Assembly (NCBI GenBank): GCA_051382295.1
Contig: JBBCAW010000106.1
Location: 1-16,914, forward strand
From: Bdellovibrionota bacterium FG-1
GTDB taxonomy: Bacteria > Bdellovibrionota > UBA1018
Direction: 5' to 3'
Length of the DNA stretch: 16,914 nt
Below the pieces are notes generated by a model. That model saw nothing but the letters and a program-made list of their open reading frames with translations, searched no databases and had not been told where the DNA came from. Numbering within the stretch: position 1 is the stretch's first letter; every line of letters starts with the position of its first letter. A program made the position numbers and the translations under genes. Positions 1-9,084 of the stretch are shown here, piece by piece.

Positions 1-2
1 CC

Positions 3-125
3 GGAGCGGATTCCGGCACCGCTCAAGAAAGTTCTCCGCATGGCGGGGCTCCCGTCAAAAATGATCCGAAACTCGCGATGCGCTGTGCAGCAATCGTGAA
101 ATCCAACCAAGTTTTGCCGTCATAG
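3..125 (+). CDS. possible 3' end of a gene entering from the left edge (partial, unknown product)
   Basis: Open frame from the window start (GADSGTAQESSPHGGAPVKNDPKLAMRCAAIVKSNQVLPS) to TAG at 123-125, followed by a strong hairpin. Frame 1 is also open to about 99, so the frame is uncertain. Confidence 0.3.
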   Translation, partial: GADSGTAQESSPHGGAPVKNDPKLAMRCAAIVKSNQVLPS

Positions 126-176
126 CCGATATCGGCAGATTCAGTAAGAAATTCGAAGATATATTCGGATAATTTT

Positions 177-209
177 ATGGGCGCAACATCTGACTGATGT
201 TGCGCCCAT
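177..209. terminator. perfect 14-bp hairpin, probable terminator between convergent genes
   Basis: ATGGGCGCAACATC-TGACT-GATGTTGCGCCCAT; only short T runs flank it. Confidence 0.6.
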
Positions 210-271
210 TTGAGTCTTGTTATCCGACAGCGAGGCGAAATTCATCGACGAGTAAGCCACTGAGAAAATGT

Positions 272-452
272 TCAAAGGCATTTCTTTACCCTCGCCAGGA
301 TTCCGCTAAAAATCGGATCACTGACGGCGGCTGGAAAGCCGCGTGGAAGTTGGCGCGAGACTTTTTCGATGGCTTGAGGTGTTTGTTCCGCGACTTCGGT
401 CATGATCTCGTCGATTCCTTCAAATTTGCATTGGGCTGCGCCCTGCTTTCAT
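272..452 (-). pseudogene. hipA: HipA-family toxin remnant with a large internal deletion
   Basis: An ATG overlaps the hipB stop (ATGA, 452-449) but that frame ends after 10 codons (MKAGRSPMQI*). The +1 frame reads AAQCKFEGIDEIMTEVAEQTPQAIEKVSRQLPRGFPAAVSDPIFSGILARVKKCL*, which resembles the HipA C-terminal helices (LPxxFPxxV). No kinase core is present. Confidence 0.75.
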
Positions 453-733
453 GGTGCGAACACGTCCTCGGGACGAAACTCGTCCGCGCCGGAATTTCGG
501 GGGCGGAGAACTAACTCTAGGCCGAGCGCGGCACAAACCGCAAAAATGGTTTGAACCTCCGTGGTGCCAAGCCCTTTTTCTACTTTTGAGATCGTCGCTT
601 GTCGCATTCCGGCACTCTTGGCTAATGCGCTCTGACTCAGTTCTGCTTTTGCGCGAAAACGTCCAACAGCTTGGCCCAATTGATCGGGGGCTCGGATGGC
701 AATTTCAAGGGGCGGGGGTCTTTTGGTCTTCAT
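449..733 (-). CDS. hipB: HipB-like XRE-family HTH antitoxin/regulator
   Basis: IRAPDQLGQAVGRFRAKAELSQSALAKSAGMRQATISKVEKG...TIFAVCAALGLEL is a HipB-type HTH. AGGAG RBS upstream, hip-like operators, and a HipA remnant downstream. Confidence 0.85.
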   Translation of the reverse strand: MKTKRPPPLEIAIRAPDQLGQAVGRFRAKAELSQSALAKSAGMRQATISKVEKGLGTTEVQTIFAVCAALGLELVLRPRNSGADEFRPEDVFAP

Positions 734-806
734 AGCCTCTCCTGCGTATGAAGGCTATTTTATACGCGAGAGAGTATTATTGCAAGGTTATACGCAGTCG
801 CGGATT
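733..806 (-). promoter_or_regulatory. hipB promoter with three HipB-type operators
   Basis: Minus-strand -35 TTGCAA (785-780), 17 bp spacer, -10 TAAAAT (762-757). Three 18-bp sites start at 733, 761 and 789: TAGCC-N8-GTATG, TATAC-N8-GTATT, TATAC-N8-GGATT. They resemble the E. coli hip operator TATCC-N8-GGATA. Confidence 0.75.
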
Positions 807-809
807 AGC

Positions 810-1556
810 CTACCCCTGTCGGCGTTTCTTTATAATCAAGAAGCCCACGATCGCTGCCGCCGCGATGATGTAGAGGAGGCTGTTGTCTTTTTTAGCAGCG
901 GGCGCCGGTTTTTCTGAGCCTCCCACGGGGGCGGCACCCGGAAAAACCGTATCCTGCGCAATGCTCGTGGGTACCTGAGTATTGGCAAAAAGATTGGTAT
1001 TGGCGGGCGCGGCGTTGATGCCCCCCTGCTTGCGGAAGACCTTCAGCGTTTTGATCATGTTTTCAAAGTCATCGAGATACTGCTGGTACTTGGTCTTATT
1101 GATCGAATACGTGACTAGCACGCCGATGTCTTGTTTCACGGTTGCGAGATAACGCGTATAAAAACCCGGAATCTCGGATTCCATATGCAAGGCATCGACC
1201 CAGGCTTGGCCGTTTAGGTTAACGGTCTTGGCGTATCTGGGTTCGGATTTGACCGGTTTTCCATGAATACTCGTATAGGTCTTCGCGGCCTTGAGATAGG
1301 TCAAATATTGGTCCAAACTATCTTGATCGCCCTTGAGCTTTGCGGCGAGTACGATGATCGCGTCCCGTTTTTTGGCTTCATTGGTGTTTTGGCAAACCCA
1401 TTCAGCGCCCTCGAGGTTGCATTGCCATTGAGGGGGGAGCTCAAATTCAGTAAACTGATTCGCAAATTTGGCGGCCTGGGCTGACGGCGCCAAAAGCGAA
1501 AGAGAAAGGGAGAAAGCTAGAGTTAAGCTTAGGCGGCGGAGGGTTTGAGGTTTCAT
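810..1556 (-). CDS. exported hypothetical protein with C-terminal membrane anchor
   Basis: 248 aa; Sec signal ending AQA-A; paired Cys (WQCNLEGAEWVC); Pro/Ala-rich linker; TM segment LLYIIAAAAIVGFLII followed by KKRR; GAAGGAG RBS. Confidence 0.85.
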   Translation of the reverse strand: MKPQTLRRLSLTLAFSLSLSLLAPSAQAAKFANQFTEFELPPQWQCNLEGAEWVCQNTNEAKKRDAIIVLAAKLKGDQDSLDQYLTYLKAAKTYTSIHGKPVKSEPRYAKTVNLNGQAWVDALHMESEIPGFYTRYLATVKQDIGVLVTYSINKTKYQQYLDDFENMIKTLKVFRKQGGINAAPANTNLFANTQVPTSIAQDTVFPGAAPVGGSEKPAPAAKKDNSLLYIIAAAAIVGFLIIKKRRQG

Positions 1557-1590
1557 GAAGAGATTCTCCTTCGATAGTTAGGTGACATCA

Positions 1591-2856
1591 TTATTGGACG
1601 GGGTGCTTGGCGATGAAGCCCTCGTCAATCCAGATTTCCTTAAAATATTCATCAATGGTCAGCGCCGATTCGTTGGGTTGAACGCTGGTGACTTTTCCGC
1701 GGGCGACCGCTTCGCCAATGTTTCCGTCTTTTTTGACGAGAAAAACATCAAAAACCTCGCCCATTAAAATACCGTCTTGGGATCCTTTGTCGATCTTGAC
1801 CGAATTCAGGCGATCACTGACACGGGTGACCTTGGCTTCATGGCCATAGTTCACAAAACCTTGATTGGAACGGCCATAATCCTTTGGCGAGAGGCGAGCA
1901 TCGTCCAGATGTTGATGATTGCCGAGGTGGGTTTTAAGTTCGAGACCTCCAAAAAACCCGTTGGGTGCAGCTTGTCCCCAAAGGCTCTGGGCGACAAAAA
2001 AATTCGCGCCGACGTCCGAGCCAAATTGGTAGCCGAGCTCGCCCCGCAGGGTGAGGATCGATGGATTCACGCCGCCTGCAAAAAAGCTTCCGCCTGCCCC
2101 TGGGGCGATTTGAATAGTCGGGGTTGTGTTGGTGATAGTGTTGGCGCGAGGGTCATTGCGGAGTGATTGAAACCCAAACGTTTGTCCTGAAAAATAAAAG
2201 CCGCTATCGATCGGAACGTAAGCTAATTTGAGTGACCACGGAATCGCGCTTGAGTAGTTGCCGCTCCGATAGGTGAATCCGCCACCGCCGTGCACTAAAA
2301 GGCTGCTCCCGTTGTTTCTGAAAATCGGGACCGTCAAAAATATCCCGCCCGTCGTGTCAAAAGTTCCGTCGCCTAGGCTCGGTCCAATCAAATTGGTATT
2401 ACTGTAGAGCGGAAAGTCCGCCTGAGCCTGCAAATCGATCGTGATTCCGTTGGGTTTGTCATCGCTTTTGAAGTCATAAATCCGAAAGGTTGCGCCCAGT
2501 TGATTGTCGCCAAAACCAAAGGTGGTGCCCGCCTTGTCGGTGAGCGCGGAGTCTAATTGTGCCCGGGCCCAACTGAGTCGGCCAAAAAGGCTCAGTCGCT
2601 TGATGAGCCCATAGGATGCCGAGATATCCGTTTGGACACGGTCATATTTATTCAACCCTGTTGGGACTTGGAGCGCACCCGTTGCGTCAAAGTTGTTTGA
2701 AGTCTGGTAGAATCCTGGCTGAAAGACCAATCGTAAATCGTGTTCGTTTTCGTGTTGGTTTTCAAAGGGGTGGAGATAGAAATCTGCCTGAGCTCCGGCG
2801 GAACAAATGAGCAAAGTCAGAGGTACGGTCACCCATGGGGTATTCAACCGAATCAT
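1591..2856 (-). CDS. putative outer-membrane beta-barrel protein with a C-terminal FlgT_C-like beta domain
   Basis: 421 aa; signal peptide (AQA-D); alternating aromatic/Gly beta strands and a GFGD motif; C-terminal KVTRV...VKIDKGSQDGILMGEVFDV...ARGKVTSVQPNES pattern. Confidence 0.75.
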   Translation of the reverse strand: MIRLNTPWVTVPLTLLICSAGAQADFYLHPFENQHENEHDLRLVFQPGFYQTSNNFDATGALQVPTGLNKYDRVQTDISASYGLIKRLSLFGRLSWARAQLDSALTDKAGTTFGFGDNQLGATFRIYDFKSDDKPNGITIDLQAQADFPLYSNTNLIGPSLGDGTFDTTGGIFLTVPIFRNNGSSLLVHGGGGFTYRSGNYSSAIPWSLKLAYVPIDSGFYFSGQTFGFQSLRNDPRANTITNTTPTIQIAPGAGGSFFAGGVNPSILTLRGELGYQFGSDVGANFFVAQSLWGQAAPNGFFGGLELKTHLGNHQHLDDARLSPKDYGRSNQGFVNYGHEAKVTRVSDRLNSVKIDKGSQDGILMGEVFDVFLVKKDGNIGEAVARGKVTSVQPNESALTIDEYFKEIWIDEGFIAKHPVQ

Positions 2857-3005
2857 TGTCTCAAGTTTAACTCAGTCTCTTGAAGGATTAAAAGAATATC
2901 TTAAATATACGCACCGCGTTATGTTTTGAGTTTTAGCTTTCGTCTTGCCGGGTTCGGGTGTTATTAATCAGAAAATTCAACGGAAATCAGAGGAGACCCT
3001 GCCAG

Positions 3006-5297
3006 ATGACCATCTACGAAGAATCTCTCGAATATCATTCCCGCGGCCGCAAAGGTAAAATCGAAGTTGTTCCCTCCAAGCCCGTTGCCACCCAAAATGA
3101 TCTTTCATTGGCATATTCTCCTGGGGTTGCCGAGCCCTGTCGAATGATTCATGAAAAAGAAGATCTGGTTTACGAATATACCGCCAAGGGCAATCTCGTG
3201 GCGGTGGTTTCTAACGGAACCGCCGTGTTGGGCCTGGGAAATATTGGACCGTTTGCCGCCAAGCCGGTGATGGAAGGCAAGGGGATTCTTTTCAAGAAAT
3301 TTGCGGATATCGATGTTTTCGATATTGAGCTCAATGCCAAGAATCCGGACGATGTGATTCGCGCCTGCGAAATGCTCGAACCGACATTTGGCGGGATTAA
3401 TCTTGAAGATATCAAGGCGCCCGAATGTTTTTATATCGAAGAAGAACTTAAAAAGCGTCTCAAAATTCCCGTTTTTCACGATGATCAACATGGCACCGCG
3501 GTGATTAGCAGTGCAGCGTTACTCAATGCCCTTGAGGTCGTGGGTAAAGATATTTCGAAGATTCGCGTCGTGGTTTGCGGGGGCGGTGCCGCCGCGGTCG
3601 CTTGTGCCAATCTGTATCTCAACCTGGGCGTCCGGCGTGAAAACCTCCTGATGACGGATTCCAAAGGCGTCATCTATAAAGGTCGAAAAGAGGGGATGAA
3701 CCCTTACAAAGAACGGTTTGCCGTTGAAACGGATCGACGGACGGTGGCCCAAGCGCTCGAAGGCGCGGATGCTTTTTTGGGTGTGTCCGTCAAGGGTGGA
3801 ATCACTGCGGAAATGGTTCGAAAGATGGCCAAAGATCCGATCGTTTTTGCCATGGCTAATCCTGATCCTGAAGTTTTGCCTGAGGATGTTTTAAGGGTTC
3901 GGCCGGACGCGATCATGGCCACGGGGCGCTCGGATTATCCGAATCAAGTGAATAACGTCTTGGGTTTTCCCTTTATTTTTAGAGGAGCCTTGGATACTCG
4001 CGCGACGGCGATTAATGAAGAAATGAAGATGGCCGCCGTTCGGGCACTGGCTCAGTTGGCCAAAGAAGATGTGCCTGAAAGTGTCTCGCGCGCTTATGGG
4101 GGGCAGCGGTTTCAATTCGGCCGTGAGTATCTCATCCCGAAACCTTTTGATCAGCGTGCGTTGCTTTGGGTGGCCCCGGCGGTTGCGAAGGCCGCGATGA
4201 GTTCGGGCGTGGCCCGTATTCAACTGAACATGGAGCAGTATCGCGAACATCTCGAGACGCTTTTGGGGTCGACCTACACCGTCATTCGCGGCATCAAAAA
4301 GCGCGTGGTTCAGGGTGCGAGCGAGGGCCAAAAGGCAACCCTTGTTTTGCCAGAAGGCGAGAATCTCAAGATTTTACGTGCAGCCCAAACGATGCGCGAA
4401 GAGGGTATTGCCGAGCCGATTTTGCTGGGCGATGTCGAAGTGATCGAAAAACTCATTCTGGAAAATGGCATGACGGAAGGCCTCAAGGGGGTGAGGATGA
4501 TCCGCCCGGCCACCAGTGAAAAGCGCAATGAGTACGCTCAACGCTTTTTTGAGAAGCGCGCTCGTAAGGGTGCGACCTATCAATTGGCGCGTCAGCTGAT
4601 GAAGCAAAATAATTACTTCGGGGCGATGATGGTGGACGCCGGCGAGGCGGATGGACTTCTTTCGGGGATTTCTCAAAGTTATCCACAGACGATTCGACCC
4701 GCGATTCAAATCATTGGCGCGCAGCCGGGTTCTCGCCTGGCGGGCATCTATATGATGATCTTCAAAAAACGGGTGCTTTGGTTTGCCGATACCACGGTCA
4801 ATATTGATCCAACCGCCCAACAATTGGCGGATATCGCGCTTCAAACTGCGCATCTGGCCAAAGGGTTTATGGTCGAAGAGCCACGGGTGGCCATGTTATC
4901 GTTTTCTAACTTCGGGTCGAATGATCATCCTTCGTCGATCAAAGTGCGCGAGGCCACGGCATTGATCAAGAAGTTGGATCCTCATCTGATTGTGGATGGT
5001 GAAATGCAGGCGGATACCGCGTTGACAGCCGCTATTTCGAAGGAAAGTTATCCCTTTAATCTGGTGCCGGGGAATGCCAATATTTTGGTTTTCCCAGATC
5101 TCAACTCAGCCAACATTGCCTATAAGCTCATGCAGCGAGTAGGGGGGGCGGAAGGGATTGGTCCGATTTTGGTGGGGATGAATAAGCCTGTATCGGTATT
5201 GCAACAAAACTCCGACGTGAATGATGTGGTCAATATGGCCGCGATCACTGCGATGGAAATTCACATGAGAAACAGCAAGAAAAAGGAAATGCTCTAA
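3006..5297 (+). CDS. maeB: NADP-dependent malic enzyme with C-terminal phosphotransacetylase-like domain
   Basis: Motifs [60 protein letters not shown], then PTA-like DGEMQAD and IGPILVG. Start placed at ATG 3006 behind a GAGGAG RBS, not at 2958. Confidence 0.97.
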   Translation: MTIYEESLEYHSRGRKGKIEVVPSKPVATQNDLSLAYSPGVAEPCRMIHEKEDLVYEYTAKGNLVAVVSNGTAVLGLGNIGPFAAKPVMEGKGILFKKFADIDVFDIELNAKNPDDVIRACEMLEPTFGGINLEDIKAPECFYIEEELKKRLKIPVFHDDQHGTAVISSAALLNALEVVGKDISKIRVVVCGGGAAAVACANLYLNLGVRRENLLMTDSKGVIYKGRKEGMNPYKERFAVETDRRTVAQALEGADAFLGVSVKGGITAEMVRKMAKDPIVFAMANPDPEVLPEDVLRVRPDAIMATGRSDYPNQVNNVLGFPFIFRGALDTRATAINEEMKMAAVRALAQLAKEDVPESVSRAYGGQRFQFGREYLIPKPFDQRALLWVAPAVAKAAMSSGVARIQLNMEQYREHLETLLGSTYTVIRGIKKRVVQGASEGQKATLVLPEGENLKILRAAQTMREEGIAEPILLGDVEVIEKLILENGMTEGLKGVRMIRPATSEKRNEYAQRFFEKRARKGATYQLARQLMKQNNYFGAMMVDAGEADGLLSGISQSYPQTIRPAIQIIGAQPGSRLAGIYMMIFKKRVLWFADTTVNIDPTAQQLADIALQTAHLAKGFMVEEPRVAMLSFSNFGSNDHPSSIKVREATALIKKLDPHLIVDGEMQADTALTAAISKESYPFNLVPGNANILVFPDLNSANIAYKLMQRVGGAEGIGPILVGMNKPVSVLQQNSDVNDVVNMAAITAMEIHMRNSKKKEML

Positions 5298-5693
5298 ATG
5301 GCGATGTCCAAAAAGGTAATTCTAACTCCGAATGCGCCGCAGCCGATTGGTCCGTATAGCCAGGCCATTCAGGCGGGCGGCTTTTTGTTTTGTTCCGGCC
5401 AGATCCCACTTGATGCTGTGAGTGGTCAATTAGCGGCCAAGGATATTGAAGGGCAAACTCGCCAGGTGATGAAAAACATCAAAGCAGTTTTGGAAGCAGC
5501 TGGCGCGACGTTTGATCATATCGTGAAAACCACCATTTTCTTGAAAGATATGGGCGATTTTCCGAAGGTCAACGAGATCTATGGCTCGTATTTTACCGGC
5601 ACTCCGCCCGCGCGTTCGACGGTGGAAGTCGCCCGCCTTCCTAAAGATGTTTTAGTTGAGATCGAGGTTTTGGGGTATCAGGGTACTAATTGA
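5298..5693 (+). CDS. ridA: RidA/YjgF/UK114 family enamine/imine deaminase
   Basis: APQPIGPYSQAI, SGQIP, FPKVNEIY, PARSTVEVARLPKDVLVEIE. Abuts the maeB stop; an alternative start is at 5304. Confidence 0.93.
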   Translation: MAMSKKVILTPNAPQPIGPYSQAIQAGGFLFCSGQIPLDAVSGQLAAKDIEGQTRQVMKNIKAVLEAAGATFDHIVKTTIFLKDMGDFPKVNEIYGSYFTGTPPARSTVEVARLPKDVLVEIEVLGYQGTN

Positions 5694-5795
5694 TGCTGGG
5701 TGCGTTATAATAGTCGATAAGCGTTAAGTGTGCCGCGCGGAGGGGCTAAATTATTTGCTTTTTGTTTTAGACACGATGCGTTATAACGCCTTAGT

Positions 5796-6416
5796 ATGAG
5801 AACTCCGTTTCGTTCTGTTGGTCTACTTTTCATCATAGTTTTAGCGACTGGGTCCCCATTCGCCTTGGCCGACGACCATGAGATGATCGAAGTGAGGTCC
5901 CTAGAAACAGCTCAGAAAGTGGCGATTATGGTCGGCCCCCAAGCGGCCTTGCAGCTCGAATCTGTCGCCGCTGCTCATGGCATGCCGGGCGAGAATAATT
6001 GGGTTGGCCTCGATCTTATGATCGGCCTTCCTACTGGATTGCGCGCCCAATTTTTTCCGTATAAAAACAAATTACTGAACGTTGCCCTCGAAGGTGTTTA
6101 CGGAGCGGATGGGCTTTCTGCCACTTACGGAGGAGGAGTTCGCGTGCAGTTTCGCGTAGTATCGGGCGCGAAAAACGCGCTCATCATCTCCCCCGGTGTT
6201 GACATCTACATCTCACCCACTGATCCCGGTTTCTTCGGGCATTATGGAACTTGGTACTATGTGGCCACTGATGCTGATATTGAGTGGCTCCATCAGTTCG
6301 GTGATCACTGGGCTTTTGAACTCGGCACCAAGCTCGGAGGTCAGCTTCAGATCCAGGCTGATGGTAATGTGCGCCCCCTACCCGTGGTGAGTCTCTTTAC
6401 GGGGATCCGGTATTGA
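5796..6416 (+). CDS. exported hypothetical protein, probable small outer-membrane beta-barrel
   Basis: 206 aa; signal peptide (ALA-D); amphipathic strands (GLPTGLRAQF, YGGGVRVQF, FELGTKLG); C-terminal FTGIRY beta-signal-like end. Confidence 0.7.
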   Translation: MRTPFRSVGLLFIIVLATGSPFALADDHEMIEVRSLETAQKVAIMVGPQAALQLESVAAAHGMPGENNWVGLDLMIGLPTGLRAQFFPYKNKLLNVALEGVYGADGLSATYGGGVRVQFRVVSGAKNALIISPGVDIYISPTDPGFFGHYGTWYYVATDADIEWLHQFGDHWAFELGTKLGGQLQIQADGNVRPLPVVSLFTGIRY

Positions 6417-6464
6417 TATTGAGGTCGAATTAACCCAATGTCGGGGCTCCGACGTCTGCTCAAC

Positions 6465-6686
6465 TCAGACCGTAGCGGTGGGCTTCCAGGTGCGTTTGAC
6501 CGGACGAGTGATCTTGCCCGAGCGAATGCAACGGGTGCAGGCGCGGATGGTTTCAGTCGTGCCATTGATGACGGCCTTCACGCGGTGAAGGTTAGGTAAC
6601 CAACGAGTTTTGGTCTTGATATTGGAATGCGAAACCAAGTGGCCGGTAACAGGACCTTTTTCACAAAGAGTACAAACGCGGGACAT
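6465..6686 (-). CDS. rpmB: 50S ribosomal protein L28 (Zn-binding CxxC form)
   Basis: [33 protein letters not shown]...[17 protein letters not shown]. Confidence 0.97.
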   Translation of the reverse strand: MSRVCTLCEKGPVTGHLVSHSNIKTKTRWLPNLHRVKAVINGTTETIRACTRCIRSGKITRPVKRTWKPTATV

Positions 6687-6704
6687 AAATTCTCCTAAAT
6701 AACG

Positions 6705-6787
6705 AAAAAAATGCGCTTTTCAGCGCAACCAAGCTCGTCAGCTGGATAAGTGGACCTGAACCTAGTTGAATCCTTTCAGTTTTGCAA
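6705..6787 (-). promoter_or_regulatory. rpmB promoter and structured 5' leader
   Basis: Minus-strand TTGCAA (6787-6782), 17 bp, TAGGTT (6764-6759). The leader holds hairpins CCAGCT-GACG-AGCTTGG and TGCGCT-GAAA-AGCGCA followed by T7. Confidence 0.55.
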
Positions 6788-6816
6788 GGTAGAAAACCCG
6801 TGCTACCACCAAGAAA

Positions 6817-7527
6817 GTGACTTTGAACTCAAAGATTTTTCCTAAAATAGGCACTTGGTCTCAAGCCCTCAAGCGGTGGAGTCTCATCGGGGGCGTCCTT
6901 CTGATGGGGATGACATTGGGGGCCCTGGTGCTTGCCTATGTCATGGCAGGCGAAATCTATGAGTATCAGGACACCGTGGATGGCGTTCATTTGCCCGATG
7001 TTGACGCCATTGTGTGCCTGGCGGGTGGTCGGGGGCGAATCGCTGCAGCAGGGGATATTTGGTATCGTTATTGGGAATTGGCTCATACCCCGTTGGTAGG
7101 AACAGGTAAAAACTCAGTGCCGGATAAAACCCCCATTCTGTATCTTTCGGGAATGGGCCAAAAGTCCACTTGGAAGGTTCTGGGTAAGCAGCTTCGCCGT
7201 GGTGTATTGGATACGATTAAGCCAGAGAATGTCGTTTTGGAAACCGAAAGTGTCAATACCGAGGCGAATGCTCGCTATTTGGCTCGGTATGCCAAAGCCC
7301 ACCAATGGGAAAAAATTCTTTTGATGACCTCGCCTTATCATATGAAACGGGCACGTTTCATTTTTGATGGAATCTTGAAGGCTCAGGGGCTTGCCGTCGA
7401 TATTGAAACTTTGTCGGTTTATCAAGAGCCTTTTGAGCCAGGGGAGTGGCGAAGCTCTTTTCATGGTACGCGCGTGACGATCACTGAGTTTTTGAAGTGG
7501 GTGTATTACAAATCAGGGTTTAACTAG
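6817..7527 (+). CDS. YdcF/DUF218 (SanA/ElyC-like) family membrane-anchored protein
   Basis: N-terminal TM; DAIVCLAGG, LYLSG, LETESVNTEANA, LLMTSPYHMKRA, EFLKW motifs. Confidence 0.9.
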   Translation: MTLNSKIFPKIGTWSQALKRWSLIGGVLLMGMTLGALVLAYVMAGEIYEYQDTVDGVHLPDVDAIVCLAGGRGRIAAAGDIWYRYWELAHTPLVGTGKNSVPDKTPILYLSGMGQKSTWKVLGKQLRRGVLDTIKPENVVLETESVNTEANARYLARYAKAHQWEKILLMTSPYHMKRARFIFDGILKAQGLAVDIETLSVYQEPFEPGEWRSSFHGTRVTITEFLKWVYYKSGFN

Positions 7528-8169
7528 CTGAATCCCGAGTGTTCTGACCTGGTTCATGAGATCGTGAAGGGCCTTGGCTCGATGGGAGATCGAGTTTTTT
7601 TCGGAGTCCGTCATTTCGGCAAAAGTGCGAGACGCGTCTAAAGACGCGCCTAAGGGCGCGCCCTTGGGTACAAAAAGAGGATCATAGCCAAAGCCATTGG
7701 TTCCACGCGGGGCATCTGTAATCGTGCCTTCAAGGATTCCTTTAGCTTCGAGCATCACGCCCTCAATGACCAGGGCGAGTGAACAGACAAATCGGGCATT
7801 TCTGGATTTTCCCCCGGAGAGTTCGGCCAGAAGCTTGTTATTATTGGCTCGATCCTGTGCAAGTTCTGGCTGCGGGTCGGCATAGCGATGACTTCGTGCG
7901 CCGGGCTTCCAATCCAAACCCTCGACTTCAAGTCCAGAGTCATCGGCTAAGGTCGGATAGTGTGAACCATTATTGACTAAGCGAGCTTTGGCTGCGGCAT
8001 TTTCGATATAAGAATGGAAATGTTCCACAGTGCTGATTTTTTCGGGATTGCGCAAAATCCCCGAGGCTGGAATGACTTCGATGTCTGGATAGGCGCCGAA
8101 AAGCGTCCGAAATTCTTCGTACTTATTTCGATTTAAAGTCGCTAATACTATTCGATTGGATAGACGCAT
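7513..8169 (-). CDS. rdgB: non-canonical purine NTP pyrophosphatase, RdgB/HAM1 family
   Basis: LATLNRNKYEE, ENAAAKA, ADDSGLEV, PGARSHRY, GFGYDPLF, KNSISHRAKAL. Confidence 0.95.
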   Translation of the reverse strand: MRLSNRIVLATLNRNKYEEFRTLFGAYPDIEVIPASGILRNPEKISTVEHFHSYIENAAAKARLVNNGSHYPTLADDSGLEVEGLDWKPGARSHRYADPQPELAQDRANNNKLLAELSGGKSRNARFVCSLALVIEGVMLEAKGILEGTITDAPRGTNGFGYDPLFVPKGAPLGASLDASRTFAEMTDSEKNSISHRAKALHDLMNQVRTLGIQLVKP

Positions 8170-8195
8170 GAGCCACGGATAACACGAGATGCGGC

Positions 8196-8975
8196 TTACT
8201 GGTACTGGATCTCGTAGGCAATATTCGTGGCTGTGGCGATTTCAGCGGCTGTAATGACTTTCGCCTGGATGTAGGTTTCAAAGATGTTTTGCACTTCCGT
8301 CTGAAGGGCTTTATTCGCGGCGGCGTCGGCTCCACCACATTGGCTGATGTCTTGATAGCAATTGCTCATGGCCTGCAGGGTGGTTTGGCAAGCTCCGACC
8401 GAGGCGTTCTCAAAAACTTGGGTGACTCGGATGGTGAGCGTAATTCGCCCCATGGTAAAGCGGGTGGTGTTTGGCACGGGCTTCGATTCTCCAGGGACGA
8501 GTGTGCCTTCTTCTTCAAGGTAAAGTCGCATGGTGCATTTGCCGTCTTGCCAAATGGGGTTGGGCGCAAAGTTTTCAACCAGAGAGAGGGTGGTATTGTC
8601 GGTGTCCATCCAGATCGGGAGTGCGGTTTTTCCCAGGGTGTAGTCGACAATTTCGGCTTGTCCCGTGGTGGCATCCGCGAGGATAAAGGCCACAGGATTT
8701 GTCATTTCTGTCGCAATGAGTTGAGGGATTTGATTGGTGGCCACCGAATTACATTCCGTGGCGGGGTGAGATGCGCAAAAGGTGAGGGTTTGTGGCTGTG
8801 TGCCATAAAATCCTGTGACCGGGTCCGTCGGGCTGCTTGTCGGCGCCGCGATGTTGTTTCCTAGTTTGCATCCCGAGAGAACGGTGAGAAGGGCACCCGT
8901 GACAAATGCCGTGGCAATGGCCCAGGCTCCCATGGATCTTTGCGAAAGTTGAACGGATCGTACCACTGTGTTCAT
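8196..8975 (-). CDS. hypothetical lipoprotein
   Basis: 259 aa; hydrophobic segment ending in lipobox LSG-C; several paired Cys; GGGAGG RBS. Confidence 0.8.
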   Translation of the reverse strand: MNTVVRSVQLSQRSMGAWAIATAFVTGALLTVLSGCKLGNNIAAPTSSPTDPVTGFYGTQPQTLTFCASHPATECNSVATNQIPQLIATEMTNPVAFILADATTGQAEIVDYTLGKTALPIWMDTDNTTLSLVENFAPNPIWQDGKCTMRLYLEEEGTLVPGESKPVPNTTRFTMGRITLTIRVTQVFENASVGACQTTLQAMSNCYQDISQCGGADAAANKALQTEVQNIFETYIQAKVITAAEIATATNIAYEIQYQ

Positions 8976-9084
8976 AAAAGGCCTCCCTGCTTTTGACTTG
9001 TCGGCGGGGAGAAATATTTCTCGATAGGCATGTTTTGCCCTGTTTATGATGCTGTGCCCGTTCCTTGGCCGCAGGCCTACAAAA

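Noticed and set aside
197..514. 105-aa plus-strand ORF (and 451-735)
   Set aside because: Antisense shadows of hipB and the hipA remnant, with no recognisable motifs.
2958..3005. 16-codon N-terminal extension of maeB in the ORF track
   Set aside because: The RBS (GAGGAG) lies inside it and MaeB similarity starts at ATG 3006.
3105..4965. Several overlapping or antisense ORFs within maeB, and similar ones within other long genes
   Set aside because: Expected shadow ORFs of real coding sequence, with no independent RBS or motif support.
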